Below, piece by piece: positions 1-12,213 of a stretch of 64,000 nucleotides of DNA. The DNA is from Chiloscyllium plagiosum (Eukaryota). Location of the stretch: contig NC_057752.1 of assembly GCF_004010195.1 (NCBI RefSeq), positions 2,189,750 to 2,253,749 of the forward strand. The letters are read 5' to 3'. How positions within the stretch are numbered: the stretch's first letter is position 1; every line of letters begins with the position of its first letter. The notes below the pieces were generated by a model. It saw nothing but the letters and a program-made list of their open reading frames with translations, was not told the origin of the DNA and did not search any database. The position numbers and the translations under genes are program-made.

Positions 1-623
1 GGCCTATGCGGGTGCCCATGGCTACTCCTTTTGTTTGGAGAAAGTGGGAGGATTGGAAAGATAAGTTGTTCAGGGTGAGGACCAGTTCGGTCAGTCGAAG
101 GAGGGTGTCGGTGGAAGGGTACTGGGTGGTACGGCGGGAAAGGGAGAAGCGGAGTGCTTTGAGTCCTTCGTGATGGGGGATGGAGGTGTACAGGGACTGG
201 ATGTCCATGGTGAAGATGAGGCGTTGGGGACCGGGGAAGCGGGAATCCTGGAGGAGGTGGAGGGCGTGGGTGGTGTCACGAATGTAGGTGGGGAGTTCTT
301 GGACTAATGGGGACAGGACCGTGTCGAGGTATGCGGAGATGAGTTCGGTTGGGCAGGAGCAGGCTGAGACGATGGGTCGTCCGGGGCAGTCAGGTTTGTG
401 GATTTTGGGCAGGAGGTAGAAACGGGCGGTGCGGGGTTGTGGGACTATGAGGTTGGAGGCGGTGGATGGGAGGTCCCCTGAGGTGATGAGGTTATGGATG
501 GTCTGGGAGATGATGGTTTGGTGGTGGTGGGTGGGGTCATGGTCAAGGGGACGGTAGGAGGAGGTATCTGCGAGCTGGCGTTTGGCCTCAGCGGTGTAAA
601 GGTCAGTGCGCCAAACTACTACC
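1..623 (-). mobile_element. Penelope-like element (PLE) reverse transcriptase fragment, runs off the left edge
   Basis: Hand translation of the minus strand from 622 is open to the window edge: VVVWRTDLYTAEAKRQL...FYLLPKIHKPDCPGRPIVS...IFTMDIQSLYTSIP...LQTKGVAMGTRIG, typical PLE RT motifs. The ORF track shows only a shifted frame. Confidence 0.9.
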
Positions 624-2260
624 AATCTAATCTAACCCAACCATGAAAAGAAGAGAGAGAAAAACTCGTAATAATAGATTGGTTAGCCTGAAATCGGTAG
701 TGGAGAAAACAGAAGAATCCTTGGTATAAAAGATTCAGTAGCAGAGTTCTTTGAAAACAGTGGCTGGTTTGGACAGAATCAGCATGGATTTACAAAAAGG
801 AAATCAAGCAGTGCAGGCTCAAAGAGCCGAATGGCTTACTCCTGCTCTGATTTTCTGTGTTTCTGTGTCCTTTCGGGAAGAAGACTCCAGACCACCATGA
901 TGTAGTTAACTCTTAACTGTACTCTAGGCAATTACGGTTGGGCATCAAATGCTGGTCATTGAATATCAATATCAATGAATATAATTGTAGGTGCACAGAG
1001 TGCATGCTGCCATGTTGTAGACTACCACTTGCACAGGAACCTCCTTCAGTTCACTTCTATCCTTCCCAATCTATGGGGAAGTTCAACCAGCTCATTGCTG
1101 GAGAAAGTTTGCATTGAGCCTTCAAATTGATGTATAATTATTCTTTCCAATGGCACATGAAGAATTAGAGGGGTGATGTGGGAAAAGCTACAAACTTTTA
1201 AATACAATGAGATTTTGTCTTTAGATTCTTCATAAATGGATGAAAAATCAAAAATGGAGTTTCAGAACCTTTGAGCAGTTATATCTCGTAATGGGTAAAA
1301 GCATAAAACTTTCTGAACTTCAAATGTCAAAAAATCATACATATGTTTCTTCTTTTGATACTTGTGATGATTCTTCCATAAGAAAAAAACTACCAAAGAA
1401 GTGAAGTAAAAGAATAATTTTATAATAATATTTCTAAAAATATTTTGTTATAATATTTCACTATATTTCACAAAACTCTACTTTGAAATCTTGTCCTTTC
1501 AACATGTACATTTGTGGATTAAATGGAGCAACAGACTACTGTAAAACATTAGGGTCCAATATCTTAATCTATATCAAAGGTCCACATACGTCCTTAATAC
1601 TTTACTTTGACCCCTCGCTAAGAAACTTTCTGGGCTTTTATGTTAGATCTCAGAAGAAATACAGCAATGCATGATTTCGTTCCTCAAGCTATCTTCTATT
1701 TAAGTCATGTACTGTATTTAATTTACTGGCCCTCAATTAACTTACACTGAAGCAGTTGATAAATTGAATTAGTGCTTGCTAAATCATTAAAGCAAAAACC
1801 AAATTGCAAAGCTGTGCAGTCAATGCTATTTACTGGCCGCCGTACTATACAAACCATCGTGAAGTTTCATCACAGAAAGAGACCGTTTCGCCAATTATCT
1901 CTGCACTGGCAGAATAAACAGACTGTCTGTCTGTTCTAATCCCACAGACCAGCCTTTGGTCTGCAGTCCTGCAGGTTCCAGTGCTTCAAGGAAAGATCCA
2001 AGTTCCTTTTCAATGGGCTGAGGGTTTGCACCTCAATCACTGAACCAGCCAGTGAATTCCAGGCAGTGAATTCCTCAGGTCCCCTCTAATCCTCGTACCA
2101 ATCATCGTAAATTGTGCTACTTGCTAATTGATCTCTCCAGTGGGGGAACACAGGTCTTCCTTGTCCACTCCAAGCCCTTCATTATTTTGTGCACCTCAAT
2201 TAAGTCACCCCTTAGCCTACTCTGTTTTAAGGAAACCAACCCTAGCTTCTCCAGAAGTTA

Positions 2261-2352
2261 GTGACACTCCTGTTCTTATCTGTCAGCCTTGATTGGATTA
2301 ACAGCTCATTTCCTGTGAGGTCCATCTGGCTGACCTTATTCCAATCACGACA
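2261..2352 (-). repeat. Partial, diverged solo LTR of the same family as the Gypsy LTRs at 6330-7500 and 11841-12053
   Basis: gacactcctgttcttatctgtcagcc...gattggattaacagc...gtgaggtccatctggctga...caatcacgaca aligns by eye with the right half of the LTR at 11937-12053. Confidence 0.7.
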
Positions 2353-2399
2353 GAAGGTCAGGTCTTACTAACCTAATTGAATCTTTTGGGCAAGTAACA

Positions 2400-2806
2400 A
2401 GGAGGATTGATGAGTGTACTGCAGTGGATGTTATCTACATGGATTTTCATAAGGCATATTAATGATAGGGTAAGTATACAAGGTCTTTTCCCTGGGGTGG
2501 GGGGGTCCAAAACTAGAGGGCATAGGTTTAAGGTGAGAGGGGAAAGATATAAAAGGGACCTAAGAGGCAACTTTTTCACACAGAGGAGGGCGCGTGTATG
2601 GAATGAGGAGCCAGAGGAAGTGGTGGAGGCTGGTACAATTGCAACATTTAAAAGGCATCTGGATGGGTGTATGAATAGTAAGGGTTTAGAGGGATATGGG
2701 CCAAGTGCTGGCAAATGGGACTGGATTAATTTAGGATCTCTGGTCAGCACGAACAAGTTGGACCAAAGGGTCTGTTTCCATGCTGTGAAGCTCTTGACTC
2801 AATGAC
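2400..2806 (+). mobile_element. CR1 LINE 3' fragment
   Basis: ORF 2407-2805 contains the CR1 ORF2 C-terminus (LFPGVGGSKTRGHRFKVRGERYKRDLRGNFFTQR...WN) followed by the CR1 3' UTR. Confidence 0.85.
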
Positions 2807-2807
2807 T

Positions 2808-3310
2808 CTATATCCCCAGATAATCTTTCATCCTCTTGGTTATCAAGAATCTATCTCCCTCTGCCTTCAACATATTGAATGATTCTACATCCACTGCCTT
2901 TTGAGGAAGGGAATTCCAAAGACTCACAACCCTCAGAAAAAAATGTTTCCTCATCTCCGACTTAAATGGGCAACCACTTATTTTAAAACAATGACCCCTA
3001 ATTCTAGATTCTCCCACAAGAGGAAACATCCTTTCCACATCCACCTGGTCAAGTCCCCTCAGAATATTATATGTTTCAATTAAGTCACCTCTGACTCTTC
3101 TGAACTCCAGAGGACACAGGCCTAGACTGTCCAGCCTTTCCTTGTAAGGCAATCCACTTGTTCCAGGGATTAGTCTCGGAAACCTTCTCTGAACTGCTTC
3201 CAATGCATTAACATTCTTTTTTATGTATGTTGACCTGTACTATACACAGCACCACAGATGTAATCTCAGCAATGCCCTGGATAATTAAAGCATAACCTCC
3301 CTACTCTTAC
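2808..3310 (-). mobile_element. CR1 LINE 3' fragment
   Basis: ORF 2808-3203: EAVQRRFPRLIPG...YKERLDSLGL..LEFRRVRGDLIETYNIL...SRIRGH...WNSLPQ, the CR1 ORF2 C-terminus. Confidence 0.85.
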
Positions 3311-3732
3311 ATTTGAACCATCCATTCCTCCACTCTTCATCTTGAATCAGCATTTGTGAGCTCAAGATCATTTCGTCCAATGAATCAGCTCTGTACAAAG
3401 ATGCTCTGGCTGCACGAACCTGGATGTGGTCAGCCTAATGTATTGTAAAATATGATGCACGTTTCTTGTGAGCTAATGACATTTGTGTAATGCCATGTGG
3501 ATTTGCAGGGATTTGAGCTCGACAGTAGATGCTAAAAATCCATTTATTTTCAAAAAGTTTAGTTGTTGTCGACAAAATGGTTTCAAATCCTTACCCTGAC
3601 GTTTGTCAACTTGCCATTTCACCCAAATCTTTTCAAGATCACTTGTATTCTTTTGCATTATCCAATCTAGGTAAATATTTCAATGAAGCTCCAATTGGAT
3701 GTAACTCTGTGTTTATTTATCTGTGTGTCTAG

Positions 3733-4014
3733 CTGGCTGCTGCGACAGCCACCTCTGCGGGCACTGTTTCGGAAGATGCGCTTGACGAAGACGAGGAAGG
3801 AAGAATGTCACAAAGCTCATCAGAGTTGTCGAAACTCAGCTCGAAAAGTGCCAAGGAAAGAAGGAACAGGCGGAGGAAGCGAAAGCAGACAAGGGGACAC
3901 TCCGAGGGGGAGGAGAAAGGCGACCATGAAAAGATTTTAAAGTCAGAATCTGACAATGGGATCAGTAAACGGGGCAGGCATTTAACACATGGAATGAAAT
4001 ACCCCATGAACCAG
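3733..4014 (+). CDS. SCN8A: Nav1.6 coding exon, start of cytoplasmic I-II loop (282 nt, phase 0/0)
   Basis: Acceptor tgtctag|CTG and donor CAG|gtacct. Encodes [17 protein letters not shown]...[25 protein letters not shown]...[15 protein letters not shown]...[13 protein letters not shown] and MNQ are Nav1.6-type. Confidence 0.93.
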
Positions 4015-4857
4015 GTACCTGGTTTCTTGATTTGTTCGAGCCGTTATGGTCTGTGATACAAATGGAGACAAAGGAGTCACAATTCACCAAGCAGCTTAGC
4101 TGATTGATGGCTATTCCATAGCAATAGGTCATTAGGCATATATTGTTCAGTCTTCATAAAATTACTGCTACCAAAGCAAAGTTAAATCATATATGAATAA
4201 TGAATTTAGCAGTGAGCTTGGTGAACCAATTATTGAAATACATTTTGCATCATCACCTCTGAGTGCAATCACAGCATTGCTCAGCAGCAGAGGTTTCTGC
4301 ATGTTTAAGCTGCAGTGTACTACAGATTGCAGTGGTCATTGTACTTCAGAGATTCTCCAAACTCTATCTTAAAGCTTTTCTTTGCTTGGCAGTTGAGATA
4401 CATGTTGAGAATTTGGTGTGGGTAAGCTTTTACCAGCATTTATACCAATGTGGCTAGGTTCCAGGAGGAATGTAAATGTCCTGAGGTGACGAGCCATAGA
4501 TTCTTCCTGATGCAATGATACCAGACTTTGACATGGAAGGTCTCATAGTGTTCTGCTTGAGATTAACGCCTTGCTTTGTCAAGAATTGCAGACTTGAAAT
4601 GGTATCCTGCCTGTACTTGGTGCAGTGGGTTGGCAACCGAAGTTGCACTATTTTTGTTCTCCATTTTAACAAAAGGTAGTGACATAGAAAGTGTAAATAA
4701 TGGAATTGCTGAAAGAAGGTATCAGCAGAGGTTCCATCATGGATGTGAACCCTTGAGTCAAATTTAAGCTGGACTCTTCCCAGCTCTGCAGGTTGGCCAA
4801 CATGAGGAGTGTTTCCTGGTGTATACCCATCAGCCTACTTTGTTTGATTCGTCCACA

Positions 4858-5455
4858 GGATGGACATCACTGGCTGGGCCAGTATTTATTGTCCATCCCT
4901 AATTAACTTGAAGAAGGTGATAGTGTGCCTTTTGAAACACTGCAGTCCACATGCTATAGATAGGCCTATAATATCCTTAGGGAGAGAATTCCAGGATTTT
5001 GACCCAGCGACACTGAAGGAATGGTGATATATTTCCAATTCAGGATGGTGAGTGGCTGGGAGGGGAACTTGCAGGTGGTTGTGTTCCCAAGTATCTGCTG
5101 CCCTTGTCCTTCTAGATGGAAGTGGTCATGGGTTTGGAGGATGCTGTCTGAGGGATTTTGATGAATTTCTGCAGGGCATCTTGTAGATAGTACACACTGC
5201 TGCTACTGAACATCGGTGGTAGAGGGAGTGGATGTTTGTGGATGTGGTGCCAATCTAGCGGGGGCTGCTTTGTCCTGGATGGTGTTGAGCTTCTTGAGTG
5301 TTGTTGGAGCTGCCCCCATCCAGGCAAGTGGGGAGTATTCCATCACACTCCTGACTTGGGCCTTGTAGATGGTGGAGAGGCTGTGGGAAGTCAGGAGGTG
5401 AGTTGTTCACTGCAGGATTTTAGCCCCTGATCTGGTCTTGTAGCCACTGTGTTTA
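4858..5455 (-). mobile_element. CR1/L2-group LINE 3' fragment (family also at 37110-37640, 47385-47710, 54990-55210)
   Basis: Reverse complement of the element at 37110-37640 and 47385-47710 (ccatctagaaggacaagggcagcagata...ggaaatatatc...gtcgctgggtcaaaatcctggaa), with a decayed RT C-terminal frame. Confidence 0.7.
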
Positions 5456-6444
5456 TCACCTTCCTAACTTTTGTCTTTTAAATGGTTAACAGGCTTTGGG
5501 GAGTCTCAGACCTCAAAGCCAGCAACTCAGTCCTCAGGACTAGAGTTAGTATGCAGTCACACCCTCTGGGGAGCTGGAACCTGTGACATTATTGGAAGTC
5601 AATGCATTTCGAAGTAACTTATTCTACCTCCCCATTGGTCAGCGGAAGGTATCTCCTCATATGTGAGTTAAACTGCAACAAAGCAAAATACCAGACTTCA
5701 AGGGGCTGGTGTCAAAACACATTAGTGCTCCAGTGCATTATTGTAGTGTGAGGGCTCTGTTTACTGTGACTTCCTAATCTCAACTGAACTGTTGCAGGAA
5801 GCTGAAGCTATGCCATTTTGCACAGTGACTCCTTCATCCATAATTGGAAACAACTGGTATTAACTGAAACTTGGGGACAGGCTGCATGTTCACCTCTATT
5901 AGGAAAATATTGCATTGTGCAGCAAGACATCTCTGGCTATTGTTCCAGGACATTAATCAAAATCAAATGAAATTATTTTGCTGCTCTATGTTGTGTTTTA
6001 TAAAATGCAAACCTGTTTCAGGACTCTCAATGATTAAATTATAATGGGCAACCTTACCTTGAAATTAAGCAATCCAAATCATAAAGTACAGTTGATGGCC
6101 AATTGGTCCATTGAACTTGCGAGTATTATTAAAACAATGACTGAATGTTGTTTGAAATCCAACTATTTTAAGAGGAGTTAATCTGTTTGTTTTAAGCATA
6201 CTTGAAACAGTGGAGAAAGCAATTCCATGCAAATGCACAGCTTAATTTCAAGGTTTGTAATCTATAGATAATTGCTTTGCTAAATGTTATTATCAGAAGC
6301 TTTTTTTAAATCTGTGAATAACACCGTACTGAAATAATTCCACAAGAGGCCAGTATCCTGTCACCCTTTCTTTACATGTGGATATCTACATATGACACTG
6401 ATCCAGCTCTCCGAGTGAACAGAACCTCGGACCCTCCTGTTTCT

Positions 6445-6740
6445 TTTTTTTTGAATCTCCTGTTTATTTTATTTTATTAAATAAATTACAAAACAGTTTA
6501 CAAAAAACATTTACAGCTGTACACAAGGGACAGAAATTTTACAAGGGAGAGGAGCAGCTAAGCTAGGCCCCAAACCCTACTGTTCAACCATTTTACAGGG
6601 AGAGGAGGACAAACCTCAAATCCCAGTTCCACATAGGACAAGACAGTGACAACAACATTTGTACATTAGACAATACTGTTACATACAAAAGTGCAGACAA
6701 TACAGACCCAGCCAGCCCCCATCCCTCCCACCTTCCGACA
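6445..6740 (-). mobile_element. 5'-truncated non-LTR retroelement 3' end (insert A, family unassigned, L1/Tx1-like tail)
   Basis: T-rich left end (poly-A and AATAAA on the minus strand), flanked by the direct repeat ACCCTCCTGTTTCT at 6431-6444 and 6741-6754. No coding sequence visible. Confidence 0.65.
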
Positions 6741-6754
6741 ACCCTCCTGTTTCT

Positions 6755-7384
6755 CTTTTTTTTCTTTTTTTTCTTTTATTTTACTCTTTTTTTTTTTCTT
6801 TTTTCTTTCTTTTTTTAACCCCCACACTACCACCTAAGTGCGGTAGTGCTTATTTTTCCCCCAGCACCCATGGTGTGTGTGTGCAGGTGTGAGACAGAGT
6901 GAAAGACACAAAGTGCACAAATCTTTATTCAAATTCCACCACCAGGAAGATAGGAAAACACCCGGGTGGCCAGTGACAAACACTGCCCTTCACATCAAAG
7001 GGCANNNNNNNNNNNNNNNNNNNNNNNNNNNNNNNNNNNNNNNNNNNNNNNNNNNNNNNNNNNNNNNNNNNNNNNNNNNNNNNNNNNNNNNNNNNNNNNN
7101 NNNNNNNNNNNNNNNNNNNNNNNNNNNNNNNNNNNNNNNNNNNNNNNNNNNNNNNNNNNNNNNNNNNNNNNNNNNNNNNNNNNNNNNNNNNNNNNNNNNN
7201 NNNNNNNNNNNNNNNNNNNNNNNNNNNNNNNNNNNNNNNNAATAGAATTGGAGGGAGAAATGATGCACTCCACTCCCTGCGGCGCCCACCTCTCCCTGAA
7301 CAACTCCAGGGTGTTGGTCGACACCGCGTGCTCCTTCTCCAAGGACACCCGGGCTCTAACGTAACCGCGGAAGAGGGGCAGGCA
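6755..7384 (-). mobile_element. 5'-truncated Tx1/L1-clade LINE (insert B), ORF2 C-terminus plus 3' UTR and poly-A; contains an assembly gap
   Basis: Minus strand CLPLFRGYVRARVSLEKEHAVSTNTLELFRERWAPQGVECIISPSNSI resembles Tx1-type ORF2 C-termini. Long T-rich tail at 6755-6816. Flanked by ACCCTCCTGTTTCT at 6741-6754 and 7385-7398. Confidence 0.75.
7005..7240. other. Assembly gap (N run); further gaps at 11386-11476 and 31981-31999
   Basis: Runs of N in the sequence. Confidence 1.
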
Positions 7385-10300
7385 ACCCTCCTGTTTCTAT
7401 CTGTCAGCCATGGCTATCTGATTGGACCAGATTAACAGCCCCAATCAGGGTATTCATAATGTATGAGGTCCACCTGGCTGATCTCATTGCGATTACTACA
7501 TCCCTCCCCCTCTGAGTCCAAGGACATAGGCTGGTTCTTTTTCTTATAACCCCTCCTGTGGCTTTTTAGCAGCGGGTCAGGTTCCCCTGACTCTGCCTCT
7601 GATATGAGCGTTGTGTAACAAAAAGCAGCTCATCTCTTGCACCCGGAGTGTCTCGGAAGAAATTAATTCTCCTCTTCAGGCAGCAAAGGCATCAAGGCAG
7701 TGACGTCCACCATGTCCATTTCAGATTCTGAGGTATCTTCAATGCTTGACGGAGAGGGAGAACCCATGGGTTCTAGAACAGTCAGAAAGCCCATTGCGTA
7801 GCCGGGCCTGTTTTGCTCCTGCCCATTTTGCAAGTTTGCAGCTTTTATATGGCCCACATTCTTGTTCAGGACTATCGCACCTACCCGAACGTTATACATC
7901 ACGAGACCTGACCTCATACAACCATGCCTCTTACCCATGCAGGGCCATTCCCATGGCTGCTGCACCAAACTTCATTCCATGAAGTAAACTGTCTCTCTTA
8001 TTTAGCAGAATCTTGGGTCTCGCATCAGTGTTCTTCATGCCATTTCACCACTCCCATCCCCCAGGTCCAGGAAGATCAGATTTAACCTGGTGCTGAGTCT
8101 TCTCCCCATTAGCAACTTTGCTGGAACTATCCCTGTACTTGCATGATGGGTGATCCTACAATCAAGAGGAAACCAGGACAAGTTGGCATCAAGTGAAGCT
8201 GTAGGCTGTTTCTTTCAGCCTGCCTTCAAAGTTTGGACTGCTCTTTCTGTTAGACTATTGGATGATGGATGGTATGGAGCTGCCCTTTTATAATGAATAC
8301 CATTTGACTTTAGGAAATACTCAAATTCCCTACTGGTAAACGGTGGCCCGTTATCTTCGATCAACACTTCCGGGAGTCCATGTTTTGCAAAAATTGTATG
8401 CAGTTTTTCTATCATTGTCCCCTTGTTCGACAAATCGGCCCTTTGTATGTCCAGCCATTTTGAGTTGCATCCACAATAACTAAGAACATTGAGCCTGTGA
8501 AAGGACCTGCATAAATGGTGTGTAACTGAGCCCAGAGTTTATCTGGCCATTCCCACAAATGTGGATAAGTGATTGGTGTAATCTTTGTCCTTGATGGCAC
8601 TCTGGGCACTGCCCGACCAACACAGTCTGCATCCAATCCTGGCCACCAGACAGAACTTCTCACCAACATCTTCATGTTGGATCCCCTGGATGACCCTGGG
8701 GTGGAGTTCAGTCAGTGTCTGGCAGCGACCTTTGCTCAGGACAATCACTCTTGCTCCCCATAATAATATGCCACCCTCTATTGTGGTCTGGTCTCTCTGG
8801 GTCCAGAAAGGTTTCACTTCTGGCTGTGATGGCCCTTTGGTTTCCCCCATCCCCACCAGCTGTTTCAGTTTTGCCAGGACTGGATCTTTATGCGTCCAAA
8901 GTCTGATATTGTCAGCTGTGACTGGAAGTGTGTCCAGAAAATTTAAAGCCATTACCGACTCTTCCAGTGGTGGTAGCACCGGTGGTGTATCTGCCAGTGG
9001 GAGGCACCTCAGTGCATCTGCATTTGCTACTTGGCCTCCCGGACAGTGTTCCAACATGTAATTGTACGCATGGAGAACGAGAGCCCGCTGCTGAATTAAA
9101 GCTGAAGCTATGGGCGGCACTGCCTTGGTCCTCTTTACGTAGACCTAGCAGGGGTTTGTGGTCCGTTATAGTTACAGATTTATGTCCGTAAAGGTATTGG
9201 TGGAACTTGCTGACTCCAAATATGACCGCCAAACCTTCCTTCTCTGTCTGGGTGTATTTTACACTCTGCAAAAGCCAAAGTCCTGGATGCATACGCTATT
9301 GAGCGTTCCTCTCCATTGGGCCACCTGTGAGCTAATACTACCCTGATGCCGTGCAGGGAGACATCGCATGTCAACACCAGATCTCACTGAGGATCATAGT
9401 GTGTCAACACCTTAGAGGATGATAGAGGTTTCTTCACTTCCCTGAAAATTTTGGCATGGCCAATGGATCCTTTCCAAGGCTGACCCTTTTATAAAAGTTA
9501 GCAGATGGATGGAGGCCAGGTTATGTATGAACTTTCTGTAAAAATTCACCAGTCCAAGGAAAGTCCTCAGCTCCGGTCCCAATGTGGGAGCTGAGGCACA
9601 TTTGACCACCCTCACTGTATCTTCCAACAGGTGTAACCCAGTCTTGTCGACTCTGTAGCCCAAGTAGGCCACTTGAAGTGCCTGAACGCACATTTTACCC
9701 TTCTAAGGCATACGCCCACCTGGGAGAAACGTCAAAGAGCTATGTCCAACTGCTCCTTATTGGTCTTCCTTGTTATTAGCACATCATTTAGGTAAATGGT
9801 AACCTGGGGGTAGACCTTGTAAAATGTTCTCTATTATCCGCTGCATAATGGCACAGGCTGACGATACCCAAATGGAAGTCTCGTTTATTGGTACAAACCC
9901 TTTTGGGTATTAATTGTAGCATACTTCTGGGAATCCTTATCTAACTGCAATTGCAAGTATGCATAGCTCATGTCCAGCCTCGTGAAGGACAATCCTCCTG
10001 CCAGCTTTGCATATAAACCCTCTGTGTGAGGGATTGGGTATTAATCCAGGTGTGAAAAACGGTTTACTGTTTGTATAAAATCCTCACAAAGGGGAACCGA
10101 CCTCTCAGGCTTCACAATCAGTACGACCGGTGCTGCCCATTCCATAACCTGGACTGGTTTGACGATTCCTTCCCTTTCCAGCCTCCTGATTTCTGCCTCT
10201 ACTTTTGCCCATAAGGCAATTGGCACTGGGTGGATCTCACAGAATCGTGGAATTGCCTCCTAGTCAACATGCAAGGTGGCCTTGGCTCATTTAATAGTCC

Positions 10301-11137
10301 CTAGACCTTCCTGAAAAACTTTCCTGAAAGACCTTTGTGTATTCAATTAGGATTTCACTCAAGCAGCCATTTTCTAATCGAAAAATATTGAGCTAATCAA
10401 GGTGAATCTTTCTTAACCAATTTCACCCCATCAAGCTTTGACCTGAACCTTTTACTACAATCAATGGTAACTGAACCAGCTGCTTCTCATAAGAGACTGG
10501 TTCTGATTTGGATCTTGTGAGGCAATGTAACTATTCCGTATCAGATGTTGGTGGATTTTCCAGGGTATGTACACTCCTGGATACTGGCCTATGGGTTCTC
10601 TTCCCCAATTTGGGTATGGTAGGTTTCTTTTGTCTGCATACTGGAAGCACTACAAGAGCTTGCTGCCCCAGATCCTGAAGAAAATTTTAACTGCTTGGCC
10701 GAGGCTTGGCTTTGTTTTGGGATTTTGCTGTGGGCTGACCTAGGGTCCCTCTGTTCAGAATATGTCTTGAGTGAGTGTCTGCATTTGCCTTCACTCAAGT
10801 GGTATTCCCCAAATTCAGTCAGCCTGGCAAGGGTCTATTTCATCAGAATTACCCTGCAGCTCATATGCTTGACTTGCTGCATTTTCCAGTGATAAAGCCA
10901 GTTGTAGTGTCTGTTTGAAGTCCAGTTGGGCTTCAGCTAGTCGGTGCTTTTACATGGTTACATCATCAATCTCACATACCAAATAGTGTCTCAGCATCTC
11001 ATTAAGGGTTAAACCAAACTCACATGCCTATGCCATTGGTCTTAACCTAGTCAAAAATCCCGATACGGATTCCCTTGTTTCTTGAATTGCTGAATAAAAC
11101 AGATAGTATCTCAGAATTAGAGGATGCTCATTTGAAC

Positions 11138-11536
11138 CCGATGTGGCCTCCTCTATACTGGGGAGACGTGCCGCCTACTTGCGGAACGTTTCAGAGAGCA
11201 CCTCTGGGACACCCGGACCAACCAAGCCAACCATCCTGTGGCTCAACACTTCAACTCCCCCTCCCACTCCACCAAGGACATGCAGGTCCTTGGACTCCTC
11301 CATCACCAGACCATAGCAACACGACGGTTGGAGGAAGAGCGCCTCAACTTCCGCCTAGGAACCCTCCAACCACAAGGGATGAACTNNNNNNNNNNNNNNN
11401 NNNNNNNNNNNNNNNNNNNNNNNNNNNNNNNNNNNNNNNNNNNNNNNNNNNNNNNNNNNNNNNNNNNNNNNNNNNNTTTCCAGCAACACATTTTCAGCTC
11501 TGATCTCCAGCATCTGCAGTCCTCACTTTCCCCTCG
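11138..11536 (+). mobile_element. PLE 3' fragment (GIY-YIG endonuclease end plus terminal repeat) inserted in the Gypsy gag region
   Basis: Translates RCGLLYTGETCRLLAERFREHLWD...HPVAQHFNSPSHSTKDMQVLGL...RRLEEERLNFRLGTLQPQGMN. After the gap comes the same terminal repeat as at 14494 (ttccagcaacacattttcagctctgatctccagcatctgcagtcctcactttc). Confidence 0.87.
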
Positions 11537-11840
11537 AAGCTCAGGATTCCTAAAGGTTTTCGTATCTGATATCTCAGGAAACATTAGGTTCCTAATAACC
11601 TAAAAAATTGTGGATCCACAAACTGTCAGGAGAATTACTCATTGCTTTTCATCTGCCCCAATGTCATTTGAACGGAAAAATTAATGCATTCTTTCCACAT
11701 ACTGGACCCAGTCTTTGACAGCAGGATCAAATGAGTCAAGCTTCCTAAATAGTGGCATGAGGCCAGAAATGCCTACCCCAACTCAAGGACGAATGTTACG
11801 AGCATATTTCTTCAGGAACATGCTGCTCTTTTGTTGCTAC

Positions 11841-12053
11841 TGAAATAACTCCACACAGGCCAGTATCCCATCACCCTTTACTTACATGTGGAAAGCCCTT
11901 GACACTGATCCAGCTCTCAGAGTGAGCAGGATGTCTGACACTCCTGTTTATATCTGTCAGCCAGGATTCCCTGACTGGATCAGATGAACAGCCCGGATCA
12001 GGGAACTCATATTCTGAGGGGTCCACCTGGCTGATCTCGTTACAGTGACTACA
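11841..12053 (-). repeat. 5' LTR of the Gypsy element (213 bp)
   Basis: tgaaataact...gtgactaca. On the minus strand it is followed by GTAGCAACAA, a possibly decayed TGGCGACGA-type primer-binding site (inference). Confidence 0.88.
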
Positions 12054-12213
12054 CACACAAGTTGGGATTTTTGAACAACCTTGTATTAATTAGATTTTTC
12101 AAATGAAACATTTGCTGAGTGCTAATTCAGAGCTTCTTGATACTCTTCAATGAATATTGCCCTCAGAGTCATTAAAGGACGTCATCTGCCCACGACTGAA
12201 CAAGTGACAGATC

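Larger units (their letters stand above)
6330..7500 (-). repeat. 3' LTR of the Gypsy element, split into 6330-6444 and 7385-7500 by about 940 bp of nested inserts
   Basis: tgaaataattccacaagaggccagtatcc... matches 11841 onward. The match resumes at 7385 (accctcctgtttctatctgtcagcca...gtccacctggctgatctc...actaca), corresponding to 11939-12053. Confidence 0.88.
6330..12053 (-). mobile_element. Full-length but decayed Gypsy (Ty3) LTR retrotransposon with nested insertions
   Basis: Paired LTRs with TG...CA ends. Polypurine tract on the minus strand next to 7500 (plus strand tccctccccctct, 7501-7513). Minus-strand order: gag (ATG at 11758, MPLFRKLDSFDP), RT (EWAAPVVLIVKP; YLGY), RNase H (TCDVSLHGI; EKEGLAVIFGVSKFHQYLYG; TDHKPLL), integrase (WWPGLD; HGLPEVLIEDNGPPFTSREF; PYHPSSNSLTERAVQTLK). 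Many stops and frameshifts. Confidence 0.92.

Noticed and set aside
3729..4007. Minus-strand ORFs overlapping SCN8A exons (also 12674-12856, 36064-36363, 38189-38383, 50810-51178)
   Set aside because: Antisense shadows of real coding exons, with no independent evidence.
6877..7364. Long ORFs running through N runs (also 11075-11603)
   Set aside because: Artefacts of assembly gaps translated as X.
6325..12058. Target-site duplication for the Gypsy element (CGTAC left, CACAC right)
   Set aside because: Only 3 of 5 positions match. Compatible with decay but not supportable.
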